Shown here one piece after another: positions 11,696-24,372 of a DNA stretch of 64,000 nucleotides (position 1 is the first letter of the stretch; every line of letters starts with the position of its first letter). The DNA is from Psammoneis japonica (taxonomy: Eukaryota). The stretch lies in NCBI GenBank assembly GCA_008632985.1, contig QPGO01000108.1, positions 52,476 to 116,475 of the forward strand, read 5' to 3'. The translations under genes were made by a program, and so were the position numbers. A model generated the notes under the pieces. It was not told where the DNA came from. It did not search any database and saw only the letters and a list, made by a program, of their open reading frames with translations.

Positions 11696-14600
11696 ATGCA
11701 CTTCCACCCGTCGTCAACTGCCATTCTGATATCTCTTCTGCTCTTGTTTCGGTTCGTCTTGAGTGAAGGCTCTGGTGCTGGCAACAGAACCAAGGAGTCT
11801 TCACTCAACGTACTGCTGAAGCGAGACAAACGAAAATATTGGGCGCAAACACATGCTGGTAGCGAAGAGATCCTGCGAATTGTCGTAGATGGACAGGCTC
11901 CGGAGGAACTTTCTTTGTTTGTGAGATACAAGAACCGTAAAGGGAAGGTCTTGGCAAAGAAACTAGGCGGCACATGCAAAAAACTGAGGGGACATCGAAT
12001 AGTATCACTTGAAGGTGTTGGGAGGAAAGTTTTGAAGCGATTACTCGACAGCCCACACATTGAATTTGTAGAAGCAAATCACAAGATTCATGCTCTATTG
12101 CCAACATCGCATTCGGAATCTACGATGAAAGAGCACACTCGTCGTGTTGAAGAGCAAGTGTCATATGGAATGCGAATGGTACAGGCGGATCAAATGTGGG
12201 ACCTTCCGAACGATATTGAGCAGGTGGATGAGATGACAATATGCGTCATTGACAGCGGTGTGGCTCTTGGCCACCCTGATCTACCTTTCGAAAGTGTTAC
12301 TGGCACAAATACTGGCATCGGAGCTTGGAACATTGATCCATACCGACACGGAACTCATTGTTTAGGTACCATTGCAGCGATCGGGGACAACGGCATTGGT
12401 GTGAAAGGCATTTTACAGAACTCGACGAGATTTAAGCTGCATGTTGCTAGAGTACTAGACAAAAATGGAGATGGGACAGAATTTTTGATGTTGAAAGGTC
12501 TGGAAAGTTGCCGTGAAGCAGGTGCTAAGGTCGTTAGCATGAGCATCGGAGGTTCAGAATTCAGTCTAGCTGCCCAAACCGCCATGAGGGAGGCCTATGA
12601 TGCTGGCTTACTACTGGTGGCGGCGGCTGGGAATGGAGGGGACGAAGGATACGATTATCCAGCCTCTTTTCCTTCGGTAATGTCTGTGGCTGCTGTCGGG
12701 GCAGATGAGGAAGTAGCTGCATTTTCACAGTACAATGATCAAGTTGAAATCGCGGGACCGGGTGTTGGCGTTTTCTCTACGGTCCCCAACAAAGCTGGAA
12801 GTGGCTTCAGTTACGATTCATTGAGCGGTATGTTCATGATGGAATTTGTTGTTACATCTTCATCGTATTACTCAACCATATATTGTACCCCCAAAAAGGC
12901 ACTTCAATGGCCACTCCTTTCGTTTCTGGGGCAGCGGCTTTGATTTGGTCATACTTTCCAGATTGCACCAATAACCAGATTCGAAATGTTCTCATTCAAA
13001 CGGCCAAGAACAGTGGTAATGCAGGCTGTAGTGATAAGACAGGATTCGGTATTGTGCAAGTCAAAAATGCCTATGACCTTCTAGTCGAACAAGGGTGCGT
13101 CGCCGGAGGTGAATTTCACACGAAATTATCAGATGGAGCTAGAGGTGGGTGTAGACAAGATCCTCAATACACTCCGTCCCCGACACCAGCCCCGACAGAG
13201 TTTGTATGTGAGGATAAGGTTTTCGTGCTGAATCTGACAACAGATGACTGGGGTGAAGAAACTTCTTGGGATCTCGTAGATTCGAAGAAGAATGTCGTCG
13301 ACTCAGGTGACGGATATCGTAATTCACGGAACTACGTGAAGAGACTTTGTCTTCCAATCGATAGATACTCCTTCACTATTCGAGATTCCGGGGGTGATGG
13401 ATTGTGTTGCACATATGGCAGAGGATCTTACACGCTCTATTTCGATGGCGAGCTGGTAGGGAAAGGTGGCACATTTCAGGCAAGTGACGAAACAAAATTC
13501 GGACCTATTGCAATGGCTACGGAAGTCTTTGAATCCACAGCAGCCCCATCAGCGCGGGCAAGTGCACCTTCACCAAACAAGGTGTCAGGTCCCTGTTTTG
13601 ACGACGAATCTTGGATCTTTCGAACAAAAACTGGACTCGGAAAGCCATGTAGATACCTGAGAACAAAGTCAGCGACACGGTGCACACTAATGGGTCTCGA
13701 TTCCCGTGGCTTGCCGAAAAGAGGTTTCGATGCATGCCCGGTGACTTGTGGGTTATGCGAACCGACGACCAGCTCTCCCACCTCTCTTCAGACTCCCGTG
13801 CCTAGCAAGATGCCGACTCTTTCACCCACAGATTCTCCCACAAGGTTTCCATCTAATCCACCTACGACAGTCCAATCGATTGATGCAAGAGCGGGTGCAA
13901 CCAAACAGCCAACTATGACTCCCACTTATTCTCCCAGCAAATACGCTACAGCGGTCCCAAGTACCTCGCCAACCTTCTTGCCTACAGTTCGCCCATCACC
14001 TGGGCCAACCGCAAAGCCATCCAAACAAACAACCCATTCCCCTACCGTTTCGCCCACCAAATATCCATCCGCTACTCCGACGTTAGCTCCAACACCCGAC
14101 CCAACAGATTTTCCAACAACTCTATACCCAACAGCTTCCCCAACCCCTGAGCCCACACCAGCTCCGACTCCTCCTCCTACGCGACCACCGTCACACGCCC
14201 CAACGCCGGAGCCCATACCACCTCCGACTCCACCGCCGAGTCCACTTCCTACCCCTAGTCCGACGTCACAGCCAACACCGCTGCCCACGCCACCCCCAAC
14301 TCAAAACCCGACGAAGAAGCAAGCGCATGAAAAAGGACTGGCAGTCTGGGCAAACGACAGGTATCAATCTCCAGGATTTTCTATCTGGGACAACGATAAC
14401 TTTTTGGAGAGTGAAAGAATGCAAAGTTCTTTGGACAAATGGGGATTAATCCAGGGTGCATATTCACCTACGCAGGACGAAGCCATTGTTGTCGGGGCAA
14501 ACGTAAATTCCTTGGTCACAGCTCAAATGTATTTCAGTGGTGAATGGAGTGACCTGCCTTTCTCACCTATTGACGATTTTTCCATCAGTTCATCCAAACC

Positions 14601-15546
14601 AACCTTCGATGTTGCGTATGAGTCGAAAAGTGGGAATGCTCTGTTGGCATGGTTCAAAGGGCCCCAAGATTGGGTATACTGGCGATATTGGGACGGGTCT
14701 GGTTGGAGCCGGGAATATAAGTTTGAGTCTTATCTCACGAGTGGCACCAGGTATCAAATGTATCTGGAGTCGAACCCGACTTCAAACGAGGTGTTGCTGG
14801 CAGTTGCTGTAGGGACAGATTCGGACTACTGTATGGCGTGGGATGGGAGCAGGTGGCACAGTCGGTTTGACTTGGGAAATGGTAAGACTGGAAACGGAAA
14901 AGCGCTAAAACTAGCATTCGAGCAACAGAGTGGCAGAGCCATGGTTGTCTATGGAAAAAAAGGGAGCCCGAATGTATTTCACAGAATATGGAACGGGTTT
15001 TGGAGCACGGAATACACACTCAATCCTCCAAAGGGTATTTCTGAAGAAGCTGTCCAAATGACACTAAGTTCGGACGCTTCAAGCAATCGCATTGCCTTGT
15101 CTGTTACGTCACGCGGGACTAATTCTCTGTGGTTAGCCATTTGGGACGGCGACGAGGGTAGGTGGAAATCGGTAGAGAAAGTGATGTCATCCATGGACCG
15201 AAAACTGAGCTATGGCAATGCGGTTTCATTTGAAAGCTTGTCGGGTAACGCCATGGTCACATACAGCAAGGACATGAGTCGCAAAGTATATTATCGAAGA
15301 TGGTCCGTGTTCTCTAACGGGTGGTCAGGGGAGTACAGTGGGCCAACACTTGGCGACTTTCCGAACACAATGCGTCTCGCATCATCTCCCTACAGTGACA
15401 GTATTATGCTATCCGTCCAGGATGACAGTCATGGTGCAAGCTTTTGCTGGTGGGACGGCATCTCATGGCGCAATGTCTACAGAATGAGTAGCCAACCTGG
15501 TGAGGTCAAGAAATTTGACTTGACTCATATCTTTTTGTGGACATGA
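11696..15546 (+). CDS. Secreted multidomain subtilisin-like (S8) serine protease; 2 exons (11696-12827, 12899-15546)
   Basis: Signal peptide and the triad VIDSG, HGTHCLGTI, GTSMATP, plus AAAGN. A GT..AG intron at 12828-12898 joins SLSG|TSMATP in frame. Downstream are a TTDDWGEETSW..DSGGDGLCC domain, a ShK-like CPVTCGLC, a PT linker and a WDG..W repeat (propeller-like) region. Confidence 0.95.
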
Positions 15547-18249
15547 GGTGACGCGTAGGGGCGGTTTCCTTTCTGCACTAGATTCACTTGTTCGCCAATG
15601 ATTACATGTACCGGTGGTGACGTTGTGGCCGAAAGGGTGAAGGTGACTTTTCTGGAAACTCCTTCAAAGAAAGAGATGACCATTGCTACTGCTTCAATGT
15701 GATCCGGAGGCAATGACGCAATGCTGTTTATACGTCAAAAAAGGGACGGAAATTCATCGCCACAGGCCCTGAAGACCGGTGCGCAGCACAGTTCCACGAC
15801 GAAGGACTGGCCCTTTTTCTTCCCGTCCGAGAAAGATTCTGAAATCCTCAAGGCTGCGGTGACTTCGGGAACTAGATCTTGTAGCTGGCTTTCAAAGCTG
15901 CGACAAAGCGTAGGTTTCCAAGTATTAGGCCTACCTCTTTGGGTGGAAGTTCGAACAAGGCTGTCAAGGACAGCCACGAGGCGCCTCTTCATCTATCTAG
16001 CAGCAGAGCGATTGTCACTAGTAGAGAGTAGCTGGGTGCACCCTAATAACATAGTAGTGCACATAAAAGGAGCCAGGCCTGTACAAGGATGTCCTGTCAC
16101 GTCGATGCCATCTCAGTCGATTTTGCAGAAAGACTGCTCTCTCTAGAGAGAGGCCGTCTCTGTGCAGAGAGCTCGCTCAGGGGATGGAGAGTTGTCGGAA
16201 ACCATGGGCCAAGACATTAGCAGGCCCAATCAGAATGACATTGCTGGCGGGCGTGCACTTGTGCATTGTTCTTGGCAGGTGGTTGGCAACATGGTGACAG
16301 TTGTGGCAACCCAAAATGGATCTCAAATGCTGAAATGCCTCAGTTTTTCAGCTGCTCTGATTCACGCATTCAATCTCATGCCCAAAATCAGGGGGGGGGT
16401 CTGACCACAAGGTTGACTTCTCTTTTTTGTGGTGCTTCCATCTTTGCTGCTGTTGACAGTTGCATGACAGATCCAGAGAATTCTCTGTGAGCCACTCACT
16501 CAACTGGTGGTGTCATCTTTGTGTCTCTCCAAACCTTTCAGCATGAGATGTGTTGTGCATCCACAGAATGGTTGCTGTGGCACATGCAATGAATTGTTTT
16601 GTGCCAACCTTCAAGTGCAGTGTTGTCACACAAATCTGCCAGATCAGAGATCAAACATCATCCTTGTGTCAACTCTCTTTCTGTCAGAACAAAAAAAAAC
16701 AGCAAAACACTCACTTTGGTGATGAAAGAGTGGTCATGAGTTGGAGACCATGCAAAAACCACACAACTGCATTTTTGCACATGCACCAGTTGGCACATGG
16801 CTGGAGTGTGCAACAACAAAAGCAAACCGTGCCTGTCGTCATGCAAAATCTTTTGTTGGGAGCTCAACTTTCCAAAACAGAAAAATGCAAAGAAAACCAG
16901 AGATGATCTTTGCACCTGAATTAAAAACATGCTTTGCATTAGAGCTGCTTTTTGTAAAGCCCCAGTGAGAGCAGCGCTGCACAAATTTTCTCTTGAAGCT
17001 CCTCTTTCTCAACTTTCTTGCCCTCTGCTCATGTCGTGTTAGAAAACAGTCTTTGCTTGGTTGTGCTGTGTCATTCCAGAGAGCCACAAATGCCCAGTGT
17101 AGAACATGAGAGAGCACATCATGTGTTCATCAGGAAATGTCCTGTGCATGTGTGCACGTCAGACATTTTCTCTTGCACCTCATGTCTGCTTCATTTCTGT
17201 TGAAAAGCAGTGGTGTCACAGCAACATGTCATCAGGAGAGCAAATGGCGCATGGCAGGGAATCTTTGGTTTGAGCTCACTCTCACCTCTTGTGCTTGGAC
17301 TGCATGGCAGGCTGTCAACAGGTTGGTTGCTTTGTTGGTGTGTTCAAGGAAATTGATGTGCCGAGACGATTGACCAACAGAGAGAGCAGACAGACAAAAA
17401 AAAAGATTGAACAAAGACAACATTTGGTGGAGAACAGCCATTTTGGATTGTTTTTCACATTTTTGGTGTTTTTGGCATTGTTGTCCTCTTGTGATCAGTG
17501 TCACAAAATTGCTGACTCCACAACAATCTTGGCTGCAATTCAATTGCATGGTTCAGTCAAAACAGTTGCAGTTTGCTGCTGATTTGCCCCAAAGTTGAGT
17601 CATGCATTGGGGCTGAAGCAGTGCCACAAACAGCAAAAATGGGACCAAGAAGTGAACATGGGAACAAAATGTGAGAAACACATAACTGTGAATGAATGAC
17701 AGACCTGACAATGAACAAAAATTCTCAAGAAGGTCTCACAATTTGCAGCAATGGCAGATTGGTGTGCTGTTTTCATCTGGTTTGTTCATCCTCTTGAAGA
17801 AAGAGAGAACAATGAGCAAGGTTGCAGACAATGTGACAGACATGACAGAAGGAAGCATTGCTGAGAAATCATTGGTTGTGGGGCTGAATGTGGAGGAGAA
17901 GGCAGATGACTTGGAAGAAGATGCACAGGGAGATGATGTGCAGGTCAAGCCTTGGGAAAATGACCCTTCTTTCAAAACAAGAGCAAACAGCTCTGGCAAA
18001 CAGAGGCACCAAGTCACCCATGTGGGGCCACACACTTCATTTGGTGCTGGATCGCCCCAAGTTGAAAGAGGAGCACACAAGTGCTTGCACTCTCCCTCTG
18101 TCCAAGGACAAACACCTCTGAGCTGCTTCTAAAGTTGTCATGCACATTGAGGAGGATTTCCGTGAGGACAACCCAGTCAATGATTCAAGCAAGGGTCATG
18201 AATTTGCCAAACTTGAAAAGTTTCTTGTGCAGCAGCAGTTTGATTTTGC

Positions 18250-19140
18250 TGTGGTTGCCAGCAAAAAGATGAAACACTGAAAGGGTTTGAGCCATCTGCA
18301 GATGAAACAAGATTGTCATCACAAGCCCAGCGGCGTGCATGTTCTGAGCAACAAATCTCCTGGTGTTGTGCATTTGCAGACCAGCATTTTGTTTTTTGTT
18401 CAGATGATGAAATGCCAAGCTGGTGGACATCCAAGTGCAACTGTTCTTCTGTTGCAATGCAAACTCAAACAATGTGCATCAGCAGCCTCAAAAACAGCAG
18501 AGTTTTGTGGGGAGGGCATTGCCAATTGCCTCTGCTGCATGAAGCGTGCATTGACTGCAAGAAACCTGCCAGGACCCCTCTTCAACTCCCTGCCCTTTTG
18601 AGCAACTCAAGTTGGATGGACCCCCATCCCAATTTCCATCTCCTGGCTCCCTGGCTTGCTTCTTGGATGCTGCATGTGGCAATGATCTTCACAGCCACCA
18701 ATCCACTGCTGGGCATGCACATGTGCACCATGTTGGCTGGCACCGCTGTCTCATTTCATTGCAAGACTCAGACAGTGGCTGCCACAAGGAGTTTGACTGA
18801 GACCAAGTTTCATGCTGCTGGCACTGCCACAAAGCAGCTGTGCATCTTTGCTCTGTGCTCAAGGAGCTTGGTTCCCCTCAAGATGGACCTGCTCTGTTGT
18901 TTGTTGACAATGAGTCTGCCATCAAGATCATCAACAGTTGTGCCCTGGCTGGTTGCTTGTGCCACATTAACATTGAGTGGGTTGCTCTTTAAGATTGGAA
19001 AGAAGCAAGGCTTGTTGTCATGTGGAGCATGTCTCTGGCATTCTTGGTCCAAGCGATGACCTTGGCAAGGCTCTTGGATCAATGTCACATGCCTGTTGGA
19101 TGATGGCATGCTGCCATTGAGTTCATGATGGAGTCACTCT
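18250..19140 (+). mobile_element. Decayed Ty1/Copia pol C-terminus (end of RT plus RNase H)
   Basis: Broken-frame motifs FLDAACGNDLHSHQSTAGH (cf. FVDAAY.ND...RRSTTGY), LAGTAVSFHCKTQTVAATRSLTETKFHAA (cf. LAG.A..Y.SK.Q...A.SSTEAE) and SDDLGKALG (cf. .D.LTK.LG). Confidence 0.85.
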
Positions 19141-19170
19141 TGCAAAAAACAGCAAAAAGTGTCAATCAGC

Positions 19171-19382
19171 TGGTGCACAGTTTGTTGATCCAAGGTGGAT
19201 TGAAAACACAGTGATCTGTCTTGGGTTTGAGCACTCACAATGTGACAGTGATGGCAAGGTTGCCAAGCTCCTCATTTGGTGTGCAGTTTGTTGACACAAG
19301 GTGGATTGAAAACACAGCAATCTGTCTTGGGGGTTTGAGTGCTCACAATGTGACAGCAATGGCAAGGTCACCAAGCTCCTCA
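19171..19382 (+). repeat. Two-copy ~106-bp direct tandem repeat (19171-19274, 19277-19382), possibly a decayed LRR N-cap coding unit
   Basis: Direct alignment of the two copies. Translated pieces RWIENTVICL..CDSDGKVAKLL resemble W....C.W.G..C..DG.V..L caps. Confidence 0.85.
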
Positions 19383-20479
19383 GAGACACCCTCATCAATC
19401 AATGTGACTTGACCATGGAGAAAGCCATGCCCCCTGCAGCATCAGCCCATGTCTTGGAGCATCGGGGCAGTTTGATGACAATGTTGTGGAGACATGTGCG
19501 CAGAAAAGTGCACTTGGCAAGCACAATGGAGACAAGGCCAGACAGTCTGGGCTGCAGCAGGGGCATTTGCAGCCACACTCTAAAGACAAGGTTAAAGTCA
19601 ATCCATTCAAAGATGGAGTGGCAGTGATGGATGTGGCAAAAGCTGCAGCAAAGTGCCTCTGACTCAGCAAGTGCTTTGCCCCATTGGAAATGGCGCATGT
19701 GAGGAAGCTGGCGTTGTTGCCCTCAGACCCAAACTTGACATCAATGGCACAACGGGTTGCAGCAGGGCATTGGCAGTTGAGCTGGGTCCTTCAATGCAAC
19801 GAAGCATTGCGCGCTTCCACAATGGCAAAGCAAAAGGGCGCCTTTGCTCATGCTGACACTTTTTTGCAATGGAGCAATGATGGTGATGGCAAGAATTTGA
19901 GGCAGTGCTCTGAGAAACACAAGTTCTCACCAAACTGGCACAGTGTGAGATGCTGCACTGTGGTGCACCTGGGGTCTGCCAAATCAGAAGAAGACCTGCG
20001 ATGCCTTGACGAGTTGTGAGCTGTCTGCAGCTGTGCCAGAGAAAGAGGTCGGAAAAGAAAAAAATCCACCATGACATGAGCAAGAACACTTGCTTCATTC
20101 TCTTCTGCAGGAGACACGTGCTGAGAAAAGGCAACTGCACAGTTTCTTGGGCAACACCACCAACAAGCCTCTGTCCGAGCCAGGCAAAATTGTGCTGAAC
20201 AACCAACAGCTGCCAGCTCTTCTCTCCTTGATCTCTGACTGGCTGTGAGCCGAGAGGTGTGCCTCTCTGTGCTTTCCCAGGAAATGCAAGAACGCGCAGT
20301 GAGGTGTCTGAAAAAGGAGCGTGACAAGTTCAGTGGTGTTGCAGAGACACATCATCGGAGTTGAGTGCGTGGCAACACTGTAAGACGATCGAACATTTTT
20401 TGGATTTTTCTTCACTTTTTTGGCGTTTTTGGCGAATTGTCGTCTCGTGACTCGCTGACTCGTGATGCCGTCATCAATC

Positions 20480-21694
20480 ATGGCAATGGCGTCCCCGTCA
20501 TCTTTTCTTGGGCTTCCTTTCCTCCACCTTCTTTTACTGAGATCAGCCGTTTCTGCCTTTGTCCCCTTAATACAGTCCCAAAAGCTAAATTCCGTTTCGT
20601 CCAGAAGAATGAAGCAGTGGTACCATGACGACGACTTGGAACGAGATTTGCGACACGTCATGAACGATCCACTGTGCTGTGCCACTTCTAGCGATGCAAA
20701 GTATGTCCTGCTCAAAGGGAATCGTGGAATGTTTCATATCGGACATGATAGTCAGCGCTCTACTGCTGAACCGCTCTACTTCTCGTATGTCGAACTCGCG
20801 TCATGTTTTGGAAACGATGTCATTCCGACAATGTTGGAATCTAGCACCGACAGCAACGACTCTGAATTAATATGGGTCGGAAACAAGAATAAAACCAACT
20901 ACTGGGCACTTTACTTTGCACCTGATACAGAACATGAACATAAGCACGATGACATCACAGACGTGCAGGATAAACTCACCAACGCCCTCAAGGAGCGCGG
21001 GGGCGAAACAGATTCCATGCTTCAAGCAGCTCCTCTGCGCGAATTTGGGGATCGCCTGGAACACTTGGAGGATGCAGGTGTGCTGGCTACAGCGAACGGA
21101 CTGGTGGAGTTTCATAAAAGTCATGGATACTGCACAAAATGTGGGTCGCGGACAGCTTCTACAAAACTGGGATCGGCGCGGGCGTGTACAAGCTGCCAGT
21201 CAAAAGTATATCCACGAATCGATGTTGCAGCCATTATGCTCATTACATCGCCATGCAAACAATACGCCCTATTGGGACGAAAAGCATCGTGGCCAAAAGG
21301 ACGGTATTCGACCTTGGCCGGCTTTTGTGAAGTGGGAGAAACAATGGAGCATTGTTGCATACGAGAAACCAAAGAGGAGAGCGGAGTACGTGTTGATCCA
21401 GAATCGGTCCAATTCGTTTGCAGTCAACCATGGCCATTTCCAAGGAGCCTCATGGTGGGGTTTCGTGGGGTTGCCCTGGCTGACAATAAGGCCACCGATG
21501 CTCTCCCGACGATTGAAACCAATCTAGACGAGATGGAGCGCTGCGACTGGTTCCACAAAGATTTCGTTAGGTCAAGATTAGAAGGCGGATCTACAGCACT
21601 TGGATATAAGCCTACAGAGAGCGAAGCGGAGTTTCACATACCGGGAAGAGCAAGTCTAGCTCGACTCCTCATCACACAATGGGCAAATGAGTAA
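20480..21694 (+). CDS. nudC: NADH pyrophosphatase (NudC/NUDT12-13 family Nudix hydrolase), probably plastid-targeted
   Basis: Zinc ribbon YCTKCG..ACTSC, YPRID, Nudix box AGFCEVGETMEHCCIRETKEESG and SQPWPFPRSLM. Signal peptide followed by VSA|FVP. Confidence 0.93.
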   Translation: MAMASPSSFLGLPFLHLLLLRSAVSAFVPLIQSQKLNSVSSRRMKQWYHDDDLERDLRHVMNDPLCCATSSDAKYVLLKGNRGMFHIGHDSQRSTAEPLYFSYVELASCFGNDVIPTMLESSTDSNDSELIWVGNKNKTNYWALYFAPDTEHEHKHDDITDVQDKLTNALKERGGETDSMLQAAPLREFGDRLEHLEDAGVLATANGLVEFHKSHGYCTKCGSRTASTKLGSARACTSCQSKVYPRIDVAAIMLITSPCKQYALLGRKASWPKGRYSTLAGFCEVGETMEHCCIRETKEESGVRVDPESVQFVCSQPWPFPRSLMVGFRGVALADNKATDALPTIETNLDEMERCDWFHKDFVRSRLEGGSTALGYKPTESEAEFHIPGRASLARLLITQWANE

Positions 21695-21739
21695 TGAGTA
21701 GAAACAAGATACGATCATTCTATAGGCTTGAAACAGTTC

Positions 21740-22195
21740 TTACAAAGCCTTAAGTTGATCGTTAATGCGCTTCTTTAGGTTTGGAAGTCCCTTGATATGT
21801 TCGTTCACCTTGCCTTCGATGCACTTGAGCATCTTTGTTTGGATTTTTTCCATCTTAGTGGCGTCCTGTTCAACTCCGGGAGTCATCATATCCCTCGCTT
21901 GATCGTTACAATCCGCCATGCTACGATTCATACGTTCCTGAAATTGCCCGATTTCCTGAGACATGATGGCATTGGCTTTTTGAGCTGGGAGTTGGCATGT
22001 TAGAGAACACTGGTTCAGAACCTCCAGTCGCTCCTTGGAGCCAGCCTTATCGTAGCACTTTACCACGCAAGCGAACGAATTGCGCTGAATTTTACGGATC
22101 GTCTTGGATTCCAACTCATCGATAATTTTCTGAGCTTCTCCCTCAACGCGAGCATTCAATGCTTTGGCTTGAGCGTGCAACTGAGAACTCGACAT
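21740..22195 (-). CDS. FAM136A: FAM136A/DUF842-like twin-Cx3C protein
   Basis: 151 aa with IRKIQRNSFACVVKCYD, QCSLTC, EIGQFQERMNRSMADCND and C-terminal HIKGLPNLKKRI. Confidence 0.85.
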   Translation of the reverse strand: MSSSQLHAQAKALNARVEGEAQKIIDELESKTIRKIQRNSFACVVKCYDKAGSKERLEVLNQCSLTCQLPAQKANAIMSQEIGQFQERMNRSMADCNDQARDMMTPGVEQDATKMEKIQTKMLKCIEGKVNEHIKGLPNLKKRINDQLKAL

Positions 22196-22367
22196 GGTGG
22201 TTTACTCGTACCCTAAGTCTCTTTGTCTTATTGCTTGTCGTCGTTTCTCATCGGTGGGACGAACGACGAAGAGCCACCGCAGAAAAAAGCTCTCCCTCCC
22301 GACGAATTCGCACGAGCACGGACTACGCGAACGCGCGCTCGATCGAGCGAATGTCAGTTCGAGGCCT

Positions 22368-23278
22368 GACTTGTTCCAGACTTAGGTGCGCTCACGCGCG
22401 AAAAAATGACCCTTTTCGCATGAAACGCGCGGTCCACACTTGCGGTACCATTTTCGATAGTAAAAACATAACAATTTTCAAATGTGTTGTTATGGGTACA
22501 TACAGAAAGGTCTTGTGCGTGTACCCATGTATTCGAAACTGTGGATGGACTCAGTTGTTAGTCGCTAAATTGTACCGTAAGTTGAGAGCTCTGTTTTCCG
22601 AGGAGCGATTTATAGATGTCTTAATGTGTGAAGAAACGTATGAAATATTATTCTTATATATAAATTAAACCTCTAACATAACATAATTAATCTTTGGTTA
22701 AAATGCGCGAATACAACTATCGTTCAACGGATCGAATAAAACATACGTTGATTAATAAGTTTCTGACGACGTGAGAAGAAGGGTAGCTCAGCCCACGCAA
22801 TGGCGTCGACTTCGGACCATTTTTCACTGTTTAAAAGGCATAAACGATTGATACACTTCAATCAGTCGAATATATTGAGGAAATATACATGATAATGGCA
22901 AAGAAATGGTCCTTAGAGGCAAATTGTGAGTGAATTGAGGCTCAATTGTTGTTGCTGACAGATTTAGTATTATTGTGCCGCGCTGCAGCCTGTAACAAGC
23001 ATTTTCACTATTTTTGTTGATGCCTTAGACTATATCAAATACGGAGGTCCTCGTCATGACATTAAATTTTCCATAAGGCTGAAAAAAGTGGGCCGTCATG
23101 GTCACTGAAAGCCATGGCCGGTTTGGCTGTTTGTTTGTTCGAGTTTATTCTGTTTATTTTATTTAAAAGCAATTAATATGATCAATATAATGAAATATGT
23201 ACGATGTTGAATAAAGCATAAAAATTTTTTTTTCTGCGAAAAGGGGCATGTGCGCGCCACCTAAGTCTGGAACAAGTC
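22368..23278. mobile_element. 911-bp non-autonomous DNA transposon with 21-bp perfect TIRs and a 4-bp GCCT target-site duplication
   Basis: GACTTGTTCCAGACTTAGGTG at 22368-22388 is the exact reverse complement of 23258-23278. GCCT flanks both ends (22364-67, 23279-82). There is a subterminal imperfect match ATG[A/C]CCCTTTTCGCA and an AT-rich interior with no convincing ORF. Confidence 0.85.
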
Positions 23279-23282
23279 GCCT

Positions 23283-24200
23283 GCCAGTTGCACATGGGAG
23301 TGCTCTCGCGCAGGTGGTTGTTGAAGCACATTGCGTTCACGGCTGCCATTGTCATTTCGTTTCGACAAGTCACAGAAAACTTAAAATGTCAAACACACAT
23401 GGTTGCTCAAGGCATGTGAATGTTCACACAAGTTCTGCATGCTCTGTGGGTTGTCAGATCATGCATCGAGTGAAAATTTTTCACACCCTGCTCCTGTGCC
23501 AAAACGAGTGGACAGTGCACCCCCTCCTTTGGGCCTGGCCGCAGCATGTGAAATGCATCAATGTGCAAATGCAAAAAATTGACACCCAGCACAAAAGAAC
23601 AGGTGGGCAAAGGCGACGACGATGCTGGCAGCTCAGAAGAGAGAGAGCAGGTGTGTTGCCCTGCATGATGGAGAGCTCCTGCACAAGGGAGCACAAACAA
23701 CAACAGCACTGTGCTGACATGGAAAGCCAATTTTGGGCTGTTTGTCACTCAAATGAATGTTTGGCGTGTGTTTGAAAAGCAAAATTATGGTGACCTCTTT
23801 CTCGCCAAACTTGGTGGGCGCCAGAGAGAAAGCATGGCTCTCACATGCCTGTGCAAAGTTTTCCAAACTGAGGCCAGTGACAAGGACATCAAAGAGCAAA
23901 AAAGAATGACAACAAGCAATTGAGTTGGTTGGCTGCTGCAGATGCTCCTCTGCCCACTGGCATGGTGTGATGCAGCAAGAGGCTGAAATTGAAGCGCTGG
24001 CTGCTTGTTGTCCATCCTGTTTTGAACATTGAGCAGGTCCCCAGCATGCACAGGGAGCATGAACAGAAACCTGCTGGTGCATCAGCCACTGCAGAGATAA
24101 CAGAAAATGTGAGAATCGAGCCGTTGTGCGTGCTGAGACTACTTCTGGATGGGCGGGATGGCTGGACCAGGCTGACGTCACATCAGTCGTGAGACGGGAC
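23283..24200. repeat. TpA-depleted, partly CpG-depleted degenerate block C
   Basis: Almost no TA, TG/CA excess and nearly Tyr-free overlapping ORFs. Some CG is retained. Confidence 0.7.
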
Positions 24201-24372
24201 TTGACAAATTAGGAAGTCTCATCGCTCACAAATCGCAGACCGGACGACCCAACGGTCACAGGCAGTGTCGACCCCCCTCCCCTTTTCTCACTCAAATGGT
24301 TGGTCTTTGGTTTCGGGGATCCAACGTCCAACGGTTGCGCCATTCTTGTCACTTTTTGCCACTCGAACGACA

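Larger units (their letters stand above)
16150..20370. repeat. CpG- and TpA-depleted degenerate block B
   Basis: Same composition as block A. Contains a Copia remnant and a 106-bp tandem duplication. Confidence 0.85.

Noticed and set aside
13926..14288. Gly/Val-rich ORF (similarly 36605..37057)
   Set aside because: Antisense readouts of Pro/Thr or Ser/Lys repeats in real genes.
15525..15992. Minus-strand ORF pieces downstream of the subtilisin
   Set aside because: Interrupted by a stop and with no recognisable motif.
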